The position numbers and the translations under genes are program-made. From Gammaproteobacteria bacterium 28-57-27 (lineage in GTDB: Bacteria; Pseudomonadota; Gammaproteobacteria; Halothiobacillales; Halothiobacillaceae), in assembly GCA_002281735.1 (NCBI GenBank), contig NCGK01000019.1:10777-74776 (forward strand): 64,000 nucleotides of DNA, given 5' to 3'. Within the stretch, counting starts at the first letter, position 1. Each line of letters starts with the position of its first letter. Shown in pieces: positions 1-9,467 of this stretch. A model generated the notes under the pieces. The model was not told where the DNA came from, did no database searches, and worked only from the letters and a program-made list of their open reading frames with translations.

Positions 1-19
1 AATCATAGGAAACTGAGTC

Positions 20-373
20 ATGAAAAAAATTACTCTTGCATTTGTTTTATCCGCCCTATCGCTTGCTTCAGTAGGCACTGCAACTGCGGAGGAGGGGTTG
101 CAGCCTCTTCCCCCACGCTATGAAATAGGTGGTAACGTAAATAACTTTGACCCTAAAACAAGCACCATTACGATTGATGGGAAACCCTATGTCATAACCT
201 CAAAGACTACGGTGTGGATTGAGGATGACACAGGAAACCTCTCAACCCTCCCGCTCGTGGGTTTTACCATACCCGAAGGGACAAGCGTGTACTACGAGCT
301 TGCAGGAAATGGGCAGTTGCTCGGAGTCCTTATCAAATTGGCAGCCTCCGACTCCAAAGAAACCAAGAGGTAG
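20..373 (+). CDS. Secreted small protein, PilY2-like
   Basis: Signal peptide (MKKITLAFVLSALSLASVGTATA), 117 aa, directly upstream of pilE, which is the position of pilY2 in minor-pilin operons. Confidence 0.55.
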   Translation: MKKITLAFVLSALSLASVGTATAEEGLQPLPPRYEIGGNVNNFDPKTSTITIDGKPYVITSKTTVWIEDDTGNLSTLPLVGFTIPEGTSVYYELAGNGQLLGVLIKLAASDSKETKR

Positions 374-376
374 GTT

Positions 377-829
377 GTGATGCAATCTTTTCACGCCAGC
401 AAGGGGTTTACTCTCATTGAGGTGATGATTGTGGTAGCGATCATTGGCATTCTGGCCGCGATTGCTTATCCCAGCTACCAGGAGCATGTCATCAACTCCA
501 AACGTGGTGCGGCTGTGTCTTGCTTGATGGAGCAGGTGCAGTTCATGGAGCGGTTTTATACGACCAATCTGCGCTACGATCAGACTACTGCGGGTGTGGC
601 CGTGGCCTTGCCTGCAGGAGGGTGTCGAGCGTCTTTAGAAACGGCTCCGGCAACAAGCTACCTGTTCAGTTTCGTCGCGGCGCCCACTGCTCGTGCCTAT
701 ACTATTCAGGCCGTACCACAGGGCAGACAGGCGGCTAGAGACACTTCCTGTGGCACATTGACGATCAACCAAGTCGGCGTAAAGACCGAATCTGGAACGC
801 AGGATGTGCGTTATTGCTGGAAATCATAG
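377..829 (+). CDS. pilE: Type IV minor pilin PilE
   Basis: Prepilin motif KG|[24 protein letters not shown]; C-terminal Cys pair. Confidence 0.9.
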   Translation: MMQSFHASKGFTLIEVMIVVAIIGILAAIAYPSYQEHVINSKRGAAVSCLMEQVQFMERFYTTNLRYDQTTAGVAVALPAGGCRASLETAPATSYLFSFVAAPTARAYTIQAVPQGRQAARDTSCGTLTINQVGVKTESGTQDVRYCWKS

Positions 830-913
830 AACCCCAAACACTCGAATTCTGGTCTCTGTCTATATCAATACGAACTAGCCTGTGGTCAGCCCCCACTTGA
901 TATATGGATACCT

Positions 914-1462
914 GTGCGTCTAGAGGATGGTTTTGATATGCCCCGTTTTGCATCATTAATTCCTACGGGGTTTACCCTTCTCGAACTACTGGTAAGCATG
1001 GCGATTCTGGGCATTTTGCTCGGCTTCGCTTTGCCCTCCTTCCAGACCTTGCTGGAACGTATGGCGCTCAGCGCAAGTGTGCAAAAATTTAACGCGCATC
1101 TTGCGCTGGCGCGCAATAGCGCCATCATGCGCAATCAGCGCGTGACCCTGGTCAGACTATCAAGTACCGACTGGTCACAGGGCTGGGTGCTTTTCACCGA
1201 TGCAAACCACAATGCGGTGCAGGATATTGGCGAAAACTTGCTTGCTCAGGGCGAACCCTCCGGTAGTACGCGGATTTACGGTAACGGCCAGATGGCGCAG
1301 TACGTGTCTTTCGATGCGTTAGGGCAACCGGTACAACTCAATGGCGCATTTTTGGCTGGAACCATGCTGTTTTGCACGCAACACAACTATGCGCAAACGC
1401 TGGTCATGAGTAGGACTGGGCGTGTACGTCTGGACAAGAGCCCGACCAAGCCTTGTCCATAA
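914..1462 (+). CDS. fimT: GspH/FimT family pseudopilin (start may be ATG 938)
   Basis: G|FTLLELLVSMAILGILLGFALPSF; LALARNSAI...V and SRTGRVR FimT-type motifs. Confidence 0.8.
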   Translation: MRLEDGFDMPRFASLIPTGFTLLELLVSMAILGILLGFALPSFQTLLERMALSASVQKFNAHLALARNSAIMRNQRVTLVRLSSTDWSQGWVLFTDANHNAVQDIGENLLAQGEPSGSTRIYGNGQMAQYVSFDALGQPVQLNGAFLAGTMLFCTQHNYAQTLVMSRTGRVRLDKSPTKPCP

Positions 1463-1514
1463 TCGAAGTGTTTAGCTCGCTTGTGCACTTAAAGGCGTAC
1501 CGACAAAATACGGC

Positions 1515-2303
1515 TTGGAGATTAATCCATTGAATATCAGTATATTGGGTAGCGGCCTGCTTGGCTCCGCCGCTGTTGAGCGCCTGTTGGCGCAAGGTCA
1601 TGCATTGACAGTGTGGAACCGCGACGCGAGCAAGAGCGCTGCCCTCGTCGAGCGAGGCGCTGTGCAGGCGCATAGTGCCGCTGAGGCTCTTGCCGCCAGC
1701 CGGATCAGCCTGCTCTTCCTTACTGACCACGCCGCCATTGAGGCGTTGTTACTCAATGCCGAAACCCGCCCCGCGCTCGCCGGGCGGCTAGTCATCAATA
1801 TGGGCACTATCAGCCCTGCCGATAGCTTGGCTTTAGCATCAGCACTACGTGAGCAAGGTGCGGATTACGCCGAATGCCCGGTTCTGGGCAGCCTGCCTGA
1901 AGCGCGCAGCGGGACGCTGATTTTGATGTTCGGCGGCACATCAGCACAGTTCGATGAGCTTGCTCCACTCTTGCGTTCGCTCGGCTCAGAACCGCGCCAT
2001 ATCGGAAGCGTCGGTCAGGCCGCCGCACTCAAGCTGGCCATGAACCAGCTCATCGCCAGTGAAACGGCTGCCTTTGCCATGAGTTTGGCCTTGGTGCAGG
2101 CGCATGGCGTGGCGGTGGAGGATTTCATGCAGGTGTTACGCGGCAGCGCGCTCTATGCGCCGACTTTTGATAAAAAGCTCGACCGGATGCTGCTTGCCGC
2201 CAATTTGCAGCACATCGCCAAAGAGGGACACGGCCAAGAGGACTACTGTGTGTTGCAACTGGGCTTCAAGCCAACACAGCCCCGTGGCCTGGATGAAGCG
2301 TAG
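1515..2303 (+). CDS. NAD(P)-dependent beta-hydroxyacid dehydrogenase family protein, C-terminus apparently replaced
   Basis: ILGSGLLG Rossmann motif, VWNRD, ECPVLGS, LKLAMNQ; family-like sequence stops after KKLDRMLL. Confidence 0.75.
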   Translation: MEINPLNISILGSGLLGSAAVERLLAQGHALTVWNRDASKSAALVERGAVQAHSAAEALAASRISLLFLTDHAAIEALLLNAETRPALAGRLVINMGTISPADSLALASALREQGADYAECPVLGSLPEARSGTLILMFGGTSAQFDELAPLLRSLGSEPRHIGSVGQAAALKLAMNQLIASETAAFAMSLALVQAHGVAVEDFMQVLRGSALYAPTFDKKLDRMLLAANLQHIAKEGHGQEDYCVLQLGFKPTQPRGLDEA

Positions 2304-2363
2304 CGTAATCCGGGAGCAGCCTTGTCGTGTGTGAGGCCTGCCCCGGATGAACATCCGGGCTAC
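2284..2363. repeat. GTAG-type REP doublet
   Basis: GTGGCCTGGATG (2284-2295) inverted against CATCCGGGCTAC (2352-2363); inner CCCGGATGAACATCCGGG hairpin. Confidence 0.65.
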
Positions 2364-3562
2364 AAATGCTCGCAGTCTTCCCAATGCACCTGTGCGGCAG
2401 GAAGATTGCTTTGCACACTCTCTCGACCCATGCCACCAGTGATGCCATCAGCACAATGCACTCTAAGTTGCGCGGATGCATCCAGCTGGAGGTGTAATGT
2501 CTGCTCCGGCACAACGCTGGCCTTGATCTGCACACGATCACGCAATTCGCTGAATACACCTTGCGGTGCCACCAGCCAACCCGTATCCGTAGGCTTTGCT
2601 TGCACACGGCCTCCGGGCAAACCAAAACCCTGCCATTGAGCGTCGATCGCTATCGAGGATGTGGGGCTTGCAACAGACAGCCAGATTTCGGGGCTAGCGC
2701 GCTCAAGACGCAGCACATGGCCATCCGCCCAATCATTTGCGCCGAAGGTGCGCGTCCAATGCAAATCCACCGGCGAGGCCATCAATGCGCCGAAGATCAC
2801 GCCCACGCTTATCACGCCACCGATCCCCCAACGCAAGGGCTTGGATAATTGCAACGGTGCGGGCGTCCAACCCGCTTCACGCTGCGGAATGCGCATGATG
2901 AGGTAGTAACTCAACCATGCCGCAAAAAATGATAACCACGCAGCCCACAAGACATCCGAAAGATAATGCCCGCCCGCCGCAATGCGTGAAAAGCCCATGG
3001 ATGCCCCAAGGATCAGCGCCAACCCCAAAGCCGCCGCCGCCAAGCGCGGATGACGCTTGCGCCACAACAACCACAGTGCAGCCAGTGCAAAGCCCGCTGA
3101 ACAATGCCCACAGGGGAACGACTTGCCGCCTGCGGCTTCACCAATCATCAATGGCGGCGCGTAGGGATATTCCCCGCCAAAATCCTGCGTTTGCACAGGG
3201 CGCGGGCGATCCAAAAACTCTTTGAAGATGCCATTCACCAACAAGCCAGGCCCAAGAACCACCGTCAGCACCACCACCGCCGCGTGTGCACGCCAAGGTT
3301 TAAGGCGTGCAAACCAGCCACCGAATAACACGATGAACAAGGCGGGCAAAGCCACCAGCATGGTGAGGATCGGCGCGGCCCTGTAACAAAACTGCACAAA
3401 CGGCAGATTCTGCACCGGCCACGCCGCATCGCCTGTGCCAAGTTCAGGGTGATAAAAAATCGAACTGATTTGAATATCCAGGGGGAATAGCCAAAACGGC
3501 AGGCTGCTGACCAGCATCAGGCCGAGAAGGATGAAGAGATGCTTACGATAGGACTTACGCAA
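2360..3562 (-). CDS. PAP2-family membrane phosphatase with C-terminal extension
   Basis: KEFLDRPRP, SFPCGH and SRIAAGGHYLSDV PAP2 motifs; TTG start lies inside a MITE terminal repeat. Confidence 0.85.
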   Translation of the reverse strand: MRKSYRKHLFILLGLMLVSSLPFWLFPLDIQISSIFYHPELGTGDAAWPVQNLPFVQFCYRAAPILTMLVALPALFIVLFGGWFARLKPWRAHAAVVVLTVVLGPGLLVNGIFKEFLDRPRPVQTQDFGGEYPYAPPLMIGEAAGGKSFPCGHCSAGFALAALWLLWRKRHPRLAAAALGLALILGASMGFSRIAAGGHYLSDVLWAAWLSFFAAWLSYYLIMRIPQREAGWTPAPLQLSKPLRWGIGGVISVGVIFGALMASPVDLHWTRTFGANDWADGHVLRLERASPEIWLSVASPTSSIAIDAQWQGFGLPGGRVQAKPTDTGWLVAPQGVFSELRDRVQIKASVVPEQTLHLQLDASAQLRVHCADGITGGMGRESVQSNLPAAQVHWEDCEHL

Positions 3563-3652
3563 AAGTGTTCCCGCAAGGCGAAGCGCCGAAGACAGTGCAC
3601 CGAGTACAGCGAGGCGATTGAACGCCGCTGGGGCGATTTTGCGTAAGTCCTA
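3549..3652. mobile_element. 104-bp MITE-like element, copy 1
   Basis: Perfect 16-bp terminal inverted repeat TAGGACTTACGCAAAA...TTTTGCGTAAGTCCTA; near-identical copy at 22771. Confidence 0.8.
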
Positions 3653-3655
3653 ACC

Positions 3656-3681
3656 AAAACAAAAACCCCGCATAGGCGGGG
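3656..3681 (-). terminator. Intrinsic terminator of rplM-rpsI
   Basis: CCCCGC-ATAG-GCGGGG hairpin followed by a T run on the minus strand. Confidence 0.7.
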
Positions 3682-3713
3682 CTTTGAGTATAACGGACAA
3701 TCTACAGCGAAAA

Positions 3714-4106
3714 TTAACGCTTGGAGAACTGTACCGCGCGGCGTGCTTTACGCAGGCCGACTTTCTTACGTTCGACTTCACGCGCATCGCGGGTGACGAA
3801 GCCAGCCTTGCGCAAGGCAGAGCGCAGGGTTTCGTCGTATTCCATCAATGCACGGGTAATGCCGTGGCGAATCGCGCCGGATTGACCGGTGTTACCACCG
3901 CCTTCAACCGTGACCAAGATGTCGAACTTGTCGACCAAGCCGGTCAGTTCGAGCGGCTGGCGCACCACCATGCAGGCAGTCGGGCGACCGAAATACACGT
4001 CGAGCGGACGGCCGTTAACCGTGATGTTGCCCGTACCCGGACGGAGAAATACGCGAGCGGCGGATGTCTTGCGACGGCCGGTTCCATAATCTTGAGTCAG
4101 TGCCAT
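3714..4106 (-). CDS. rpsI: 30S ribosomal protein S9
   Basis: GTGRRKTS; [20 protein letters not shown]. Confidence 0.99.
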   Translation of the reverse strand: MALTQDYGTGRRKTSAARVFLRPGTGNITVNGRPLDVYFGRPTACMVVRQPLELTGLVDKFDILVTVEGGGNTGQSGAIRHGITRALMEYDETLRSALRKAGFVTRDAREVERKKVGLRKARRAVQFSKR

Positions 4107-4125
4107 GTCTGATTATCTCTGTAAG

Positions 4126-4554
4126 TTAGATGTCAAGTACACGCGGCTGCTGAGCAACATGCGGATGCTCGGTGCCTGCGTACACTTTAAGTTTGGAGAA
4201 CATCTGGCGACCCAGTGGGTTCTTCGGCAACATGCCTTTAACCGCAATTTCGATAGGGCGCTCTGGCGCTTTATCGATCAGCTTGCTGAAATTGATGGAC
4301 TTCAGGTTACCGATATAGCCGGTGTGATGGTGATACATCTTGTCCTGCGCCTTGTTACCGGTCACGCGGACTTTGTCAGCGTTAATGACGATAACATAGT
4401 CACCGGTATCGACGTGTGGCGTGTACTCGGCCTTGTGCTTGCCACGCAGGCGCCGAGCGATTTCAGTTGCCATACGACCCAGTGTTTTGCCACTGGCATC
4501 AACGACGAACCAGTCACGTGTGACTTCCGCCGGTTTAGCACTCAAGGTTTTCAT
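4126..4554 (-). CDS. rplM: 50S ribosomal protein L13
   Basis: [13 protein letters not shown]; YTPHVDTGD. Confidence 0.99.
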   Translation of the reverse strand: MKTLSAKPAEVTRDWFVVDASGKTLGRMATEIARRLRGKHKAEYTPHVDTGDYVIVINADKVRVTGNKAQDKMYHHHTGYIGNLKSINFSKLIDKAPERPIEIAVKGMLPKNPLGRQMFSKLKVYAGTEHPHVAQQPRVLDI

Positions 4555-4721
4555 GGACTTTGCTCCAAAGCATCACGCCCCAAGAGGAGACGTTGTGTAG
4601 GTATTAGAAGGTCGCGCAATTTACACCACTCAAGCCCGCTTGGCAACACATTCGTTGCTATTGTTTGCTGATACGGCATTGTCTGGTGGCGTTTTTTTGC
4701 CGGCCTGATAGCCTTGAACGC

Positions 4722-5966
4722 ATGAAACATTCGCTTCCCCCCGCCATGCCGCCCATTGTTCATCAAGACCTGAGCGCGACACAACAATGCGTGATGTGCG
4801 GCATGTGCGTACCGCATTGCCCAACCTATGCCTTGAGCCAGAACGAGGCGGATGGGCCGCGTGGACGCATTGCCTTGATGCTCGGCATGGCGCAAGAACG
4901 CTTGGAGCTGGACAACAAAGTCATTGAGCATTTGGATGCTTGCCTGAGTTGCCGTGCATGTGAGCAGGTCTGCCCGTCCAAAGTGCCGTATGGACAACTT
5001 ATTGATGCGAGCCGGGCACATATTAATGTGCTGGTTAATGGGCGGGCACCCGCACGCAGCCGCTGGATGCGTATCGTGCGCGATCAGGTCTTGCTGCGCC
5101 CGACACGCCTGCGCGTTCTCGGCGGTCTAACACGCATGACGCAAAGACTGCGCCTGGATTGGCTGCCCATGCCATCCAGCCTCAAGCGCCTCACACGACT
5201 TGCGCCACCACTGGCTCCCGCGTTTCGTCCCCTTGAAATCTACCCGGTGAGCCATCCGCGTGGCCGAGTGGGTCTGTTTTTGGGCTGCATGGGTTCAGTC
5301 TTTGAAGCCGAAAACCTGCGTGCGGCCATCGTTGTATTGAATGCGTGGGGCTACGAGGTTCGCGTTCCGCGCAAGCAGGGTTGTTGCGGGGCGATGCACC
5401 AGCATGGCGGGGATCCGCAACGTGGGCAAGCCATGGCCGCCAAGGTCGCTCAGCTATTCCAAGCGCTGGAACTGGACGCTGTGGTCGGCGTGAGTAGCGG
5501 CTGTATCGCCCAGCTTAAAGAACACGCGGGGATGAAGGCCGGAATAAAAGCATTCGAGTTGAGTGACTTTCTATGGCAGCAGCAACCCGCGCCCCTACCC
5601 GCCATGCAGCCTTTGCAGCGGCGCGTGGCGGTGCATCTGCCCTGCACTCAGCGCAATGTCCTACGCACGGGTAACTCAGCCATGAAACTGCTGAGCCTTA
5701 TTCCCGCGTTAGAGGTGATCGAACTTGCGGGCAATGAACGCTGCTGTGGCGCAGCGGGTACGCACATGCTGACCCACCCGACGCAGGCCGATGCGCTAAG
5801 CGCGCCCAAGATTGAGGCTTTTCGAGCGCTGGGGGCGGCGCAAATGGTTTCAACCAATATCGGCTGCGCCATGCATCTTGGCGGCGGATTGCGCAAAACC
5901 GAAGCGACTGCGGAAGTGATTCATCCGGTACGCTTATTGGCGGAATCATTGACCTCGCCATATTGA
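4722..5966 (+). CDS. GlcF-like Fe-S protein (2x 4Fe-4S plus two CCG domains)
   Basis: CVMCGMCVPHCP, CLSCRACEQVCP, CCGA twice; ATG 4722 preferred over CTG 4665. Confidence 0.85.
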   Translation: MKHSLPPAMPPIVHQDLSATQQCVMCGMCVPHCPTYALSQNEADGPRGRIALMLGMAQERLELDNKVIEHLDACLSCRACEQVCPSKVPYGQLIDASRAHINVLVNGRAPARSRWMRIVRDQVLLRPTRLRVLGGLTRMTQRLRLDWLPMPSSLKRLTRLAPPLAPAFRPLEIYPVSHPRGRVGLFLGCMGSVFEAENLRAAIVVLNAWGYEVRVPRKQGCCGAMHQHGGDPQRGQAMAAKVAQLFQALELDAVVGVSSGCIAQLKEHAGMKAGIKAFELSDFLWQQQPAPLPAMQPLQRRVAVHLPCTQRNVLRTGNSAMKLLSLIPALEVIELAGNERCCGAAGTHMLTHPTQADALSAPKIEAFRALGAAQMVSTNIGCAMHLGGGLRKTEATAEVIHPVRLLAESLTSPY

Positions 5967-6018
5967 TCCGGCTCGGCAATCGGCTCGGGACGAGCCTCCT
6001 ACATGGGCGCGTCCGCCA

Positions 6019-6846
6019 TCACCCTACATCCGGCATATTGCGTCCGTAGAAAATCTCCTGCATTTCCTTGCGCAGGGCGCGTTCAATCGCTACCAGCTCA
6101 TCCGCCGCATAATCTTCGCGTCCGTGACCAAATAACGCATTATCCAAATCAAAATCCTTAAGTAGCATTTTGGTGTGGAAAATATTTTCCTGATACACAT
6201 TCACATCGATCATCTGATAGCGGCGCCGCGTATCCTCAGACATATAGTTTTGGATCGAATTGATATTGTGATCGATAAAGTGTTTCTTGCCATGCACGTC
6301 ACGGGTAAAGCCGCGTACACGATAATCAATGGTCAAAATGTCAAAATCAAAACTATGGATCAGGTAATTCAAGGCACGCAGCGGCGAGATTCGTCCGCAG
6401 GTCGATACTTCAATATCCGCGCGAAAGGTGCTAATCCCATTCTCGGGATGACTTTCCGGATAAGTGTGCACGGTTAGATGACTTTTATCCAAATGTGCCG
6501 CCAAGCTACTCACCAGCTTGGAGCCCGTCAGCGGCCCCGGCGCTTCGACGTTGCCGTTCTGTCCAGTCAAAAACTCGCTGGCCACCGGTTCTTCCGAAAC
6601 CAGGATCGTAACGCTGGCACCCTGTGGGTCGTAATCCTGGCGCGCGACATTAAGAATGTTTGCGCCAATGATTTCCGTGACTTCGGTAAGAATTTTCGTC
6701 AAACGATCCGCGTTATAAGCCTCATCAATATAAGATATATACTCGTCGACATGCTTGCGCGTCTTGGCATAACAAATATCGTAGATTGAGAAACTAACAG
6801 TTTTACTTAAATTATTAAAACCATGCAGCTTTAATCCCTTATCCAT
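6019..6846 (-). CDS. speD: S-adenosylmethionine decarboxylase proenzyme
   Basis: LKLHGFNNL; [18 protein letters not shown]; VSTCG. Confidence 0.97.
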   Translation of the reverse strand: MDKGLKLHGFNNLSKTVSFSIYDICYAKTRKHVDEYISYIDEAYNADRLTKILTEVTEIIGANILNVARQDYDPQGASVTILVSEEPVASEFLTGQNGNVEAPGPLTGSKLVSSLAAHLDKSHLTVHTYPESHPENGISTFRADIEVSTCGRISPLRALNYLIHSFDFDILTIDYRVRGFTRDVHGKKHFIDHNINSIQNYMSEDTRRRYQMIDVNVYQENIFHTKMLLKDFDLDNALFGHGREDYAADELVAIERALRKEMQEIFYGRNMPDVG

Positions 6847-6871
6847 GCCTTATCCTCAACGCAAGCGTCGG

Positions 6872-7288
6872 TTAGTCTTCAATAATTTCAAAGTCATGGG
6901 TAATCTCAGCCGATTTATTCAGCATGTGCGAAACAGAGCAATACTTTTCCGCCGATAACTTGACCGCACGCTCAACCTGTTTGGGATCCAATCCTGCGCC
7001 CTTGACGATGTAATGCACATGAATGGTTTTGAAAACCTTGGGAATAGTTTCGGTACGTTCACCATTCACTTCCACAATGCAATCACGCACCGGCTGGCGT
7101 TGTTTTTGCAGAATCATCACCACGTCAATCGCCGTGCAGCCACCCAAACCGAGCAGCACCATTTCGGTCGGACGCGGCCCGATATTGCGCCCACCAATGT
7201 CCGGCGCACCGTCCATCACTACGGCATGACCGCTTTCGGTTTCGCCCATAAAGGCCATGCCATCAACCCATTGCACTCGTGCTTTCAT
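6872..7288 (-). CDS. yhfA: OsmC family protein (YhfA type)
   Basis: GPRPTEMVLLGLGGCT; KYCSVS. Confidence 0.9.
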   Translation of the reverse strand: MKARVQWVDGMAFMGETESGHAVVMDGAPDIGGRNIGPRPTEMVLLGLGGCTAIDVVMILQKQRQPVRDCIVEVNGERTETIPKVFKTIHVHYIVKGAGLDPKQVERAVKLSAEKYCSVSHMLNKSAEITHDFEIIED

Positions 7289-7311
7289 CTCGTTCCTCCC
7301 AAATCCTTTAA

Positions 7312-7387
7312 GCCACAGAGATCACAGAGGGCACAGAGAATGACAGAGCGACCATTTCCACTCTGTGCTCTCTGTGTCCTCTGTGGC
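7312..7387. repeat. CACAGAG-repeat palindromic element, copy 1
   Basis: GCCACAGAG-(CACAGAG)2...(CTCTGTG)2-CTCTGTGGC; same family at 60317-60444. Confidence 0.8.
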
Positions 7388-7390
7388 TAA

Positions 7391-8248
7391 TCAAAAAAAC
7401 AGCTCCTTCAACTTCGCGCCCGGATCATCCGCACGCATAAAGGCTTCGCCCACCAGAAAGGCATGGACATGATGCCGACGCATCAGCGCCACGTCGTCGT
7501 GAAAGTGAATACCGCTCTCGCACACCAGCAATGCACCCTGCGGCAGCATATCCAGCATGTTCAGCGTGGTGTCCAGCGTGACCTCAAAAGTGCGCAGACT
7601 GCGGTTATTCACGCCGAGCAGGGTATGCGTCCAATCTTGGGTCAGCGCCAGCGCCCGGCGCATTTCCTCGCGGTCGTGCACCTCGACCAGCACATCCATG
7701 CCAAGCTGGATAGCCAGATCGTGCAGATCGCGCAGCTTGGCATCATCCAGCGCAGAGACGATCAGCAGGATGCAGTCCGCACCGATGACATACGCCTCGT
7801 GAACCTGATAGGCGTCGATAATGAAGTCCTTGCGGATCACCGGTAAAGCGCAGGCCGCGCGTGCCTCCTGCAAATAAGCTTCACTGCCCTGGAAAAAGTC
7901 CTTGTCGGTCAATACCGACAGGCAAGCCGCCCCGCCTTGTTCGTAGCTACGCGCAATCTCGGCGGGATAAAAATCAGCGCGCAGTACGCCCTTGCTGGGG
8001 CTGGCTTTCTTGATTTCGGCGATGACTGCGGCATCACCGCGCCCAATACGGGCACGCATGGACGCCGCAAAACCGCGTGGCGCGTCAATGCGTGCTGTGC
8101 CTCGCTGAATAAGCTCTGCCTGCGTGACCTGAGCGCTGCGTTCGGCAATCTCTTCCTGCTTGCGGCACACAATGGTTTGCAGAATGTCTGGCCTGACATT
8201 TGGCCTGATGTTGGGCGCATTATTGGACGTGTTATCTACTTGGGTCAT
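7391..8248 (-). CDS. trpC: Indole-3-glycerol phosphate synthase
   Basis: [12 protein letters not shown]; LSVLTD; RKDFIID. Confidence 0.97.
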   Translation of the reverse strand: MTQVDNTSNNAPNIRPNVRPDILQTIVCRKQEEIAERSAQVTQAELIQRGTARIDAPRGFAASMRARIGRGDAAVIAEIKKASPSKGVLRADFYPAEIARSYEQGGAACLSVLTDKDFFQGSEAYLQEARAACALPVIRKDFIIDAYQVHEAYVIGADCILLIVSALDDAKLRDLHDLAIQLGMDVLVEVHDREEMRRALALTQDWTHTLLGVNNRSLRTFEVTLDTTLNMLDMLPQGALLVCESGIHFHDDVALMRRHHVHAFLVGEAFMRADDPGAKLKELFF

Positions 8249-9267
8249 ACATCAACCTGCTGTGTGAAGGCGACGTAGGCTTGCAGGGTATCCCAGGCTG
8301 CGCCGCTGGTTTGAATTTCAAGCGCCCGCGCCACGCCTTCGCGCAGTGTAGACGCAAGCCCGGCCAGATAAATCGCCGCGCCTGCATTAAATGCCACAAT
8401 ATCGCGTGCTGCCCCGGGTTGTCCGCTCAGAGCTTCCTGCACCTTGAGCAAGCTCTCCTGCGGCGAGGCTACACGCAAGCTATCGAGACTGGCCGAGAAC
8501 AAACCCACATCCTCAGGCCGCAGGCTGTAGTCACTAATGATGCCGTCTTTCAGCTCGCTCACCTGGGTCGGCGCGGCGATGCTGAATTCATCCAGCCCAT
8601 CGTCCGCATGGATCACCAACGCATGTTCACTGCCCAGCTGCAGCAATACTTCGGCCAAAGGCCTGCGCCAGCGCTCGCTGAATACGCCGAGCACCTGCCT
8701 CTTCGCCCCTGCCGGATTGGAAAGCGGCCCCAGCACATTGAACATCGTGCGCACGCCCAGTTCGCGCCGTGACGCATTCACATGGCGCATGGCACTGTGA
8801 TGCTGCGGGGCAAACATAAAGCCCACACCCAACTCGCACACCGCCTGCGCGATCCGCTCGAACGGCACATCCAGACGGCAACCCGCTGCCTCCAGAAGAT
8901 CGGCGCTCCCGCTCACGCTAGACATGGAACGACTGCCATGTTTAGCCACCTTGCCCCCGGCCGCGGCCAGTACAAAGCAGCTCGCGGTAGAAATATTGAA
9001 GGTATGCGCGCCATCGCCGCCGGTGCCGACAATATCCACCAATGGTGCGCAGGGAATCTCGACCTTGGCGGCAAACTCGCGCATTACCGAGGCGGCAGCG
9101 GCCACCTCCTCCACCGTTTCGCCCTTGACCCCCAACCCCATCAACAGCCCGCCGACTTGCGCGGATGTGGCCTCACCGCTCATCAGGGCGCGCATGACCT
9201 CAGTCATTTCCGCATGGGTCAGGTCGCGGCGCTCAAGCAAGGCGCGCAGTGCTACGGTCAGATTCAT
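8245..9267 (-). CDS. trpD: Anthranilate phosphoribosyltransferase
   Basis: DIVGTGGDG; FNIST; KHGSRS. Confidence 0.97.
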   Translation of the reverse strand: MNLTVALRALLERRDLTHAEMTEVMRALMSGEATSAQVGGLLMGLGVKGETVEEVAAAASVMREFAAKVEIPCAPLVDIVGTGGDGAHTFNISTASCFVLAAAGGKVAKHGSRSMSSVSGSADLLEAAGCRLDVPFERIAQAVCELGVGFMFAPQHHSAMRHVNASRRELGVRTMFNVLGPLSNPAGAKRQVLGVFSERWRRPLAEVLLQLGSEHALVIHADDGLDEFSIAAPTQVSELKDGIISDYSLRPEDVGLFSASLDSLRVASPQESLLKVQEALSGQPGAARDIVAFNAGAAIYLAGLASTLREGVARALEIQTSGAAWDTLQAYVAFTQQVDV

Positions 9268-9379
9268 GAAAACTCCAAGTGACACAAAGCTAGGCTTGGG
9301 GATTCTGAAAGCTGACGCAGCTCAGGTCAACCAACACCCGACGCGACGGGACGGGAAGCAAGGTGCAATGTGTAGCCTG

Positions 9380-9467
9380 GACGCAGGCAGGAATCCCGGT
9401 ACGTGAACATTTTGAGGCCGATTTCTGCGCCGCAATACGCCGTTTAGCGAGTTTGTGGATAGGCTCT
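9380..9467. repeat. Partial MITE-like element with AGAGCCT end, overlapping the MFS stop codon
   Basis: Minus strand AGAGCCTATCCACAAACTCGCTAAACGGCG resembles AGAGCCTGTTCACGACCTCGCTGAATGGCG at 40868; left boundary approximate. Confidence 0.4.

Noticed and set aside
7312-7387. CACAGAG repeats as a mini-CRISPR
   Set aside because: The units are 7-9 bp and inverted, with no unique spacers and no cas genes
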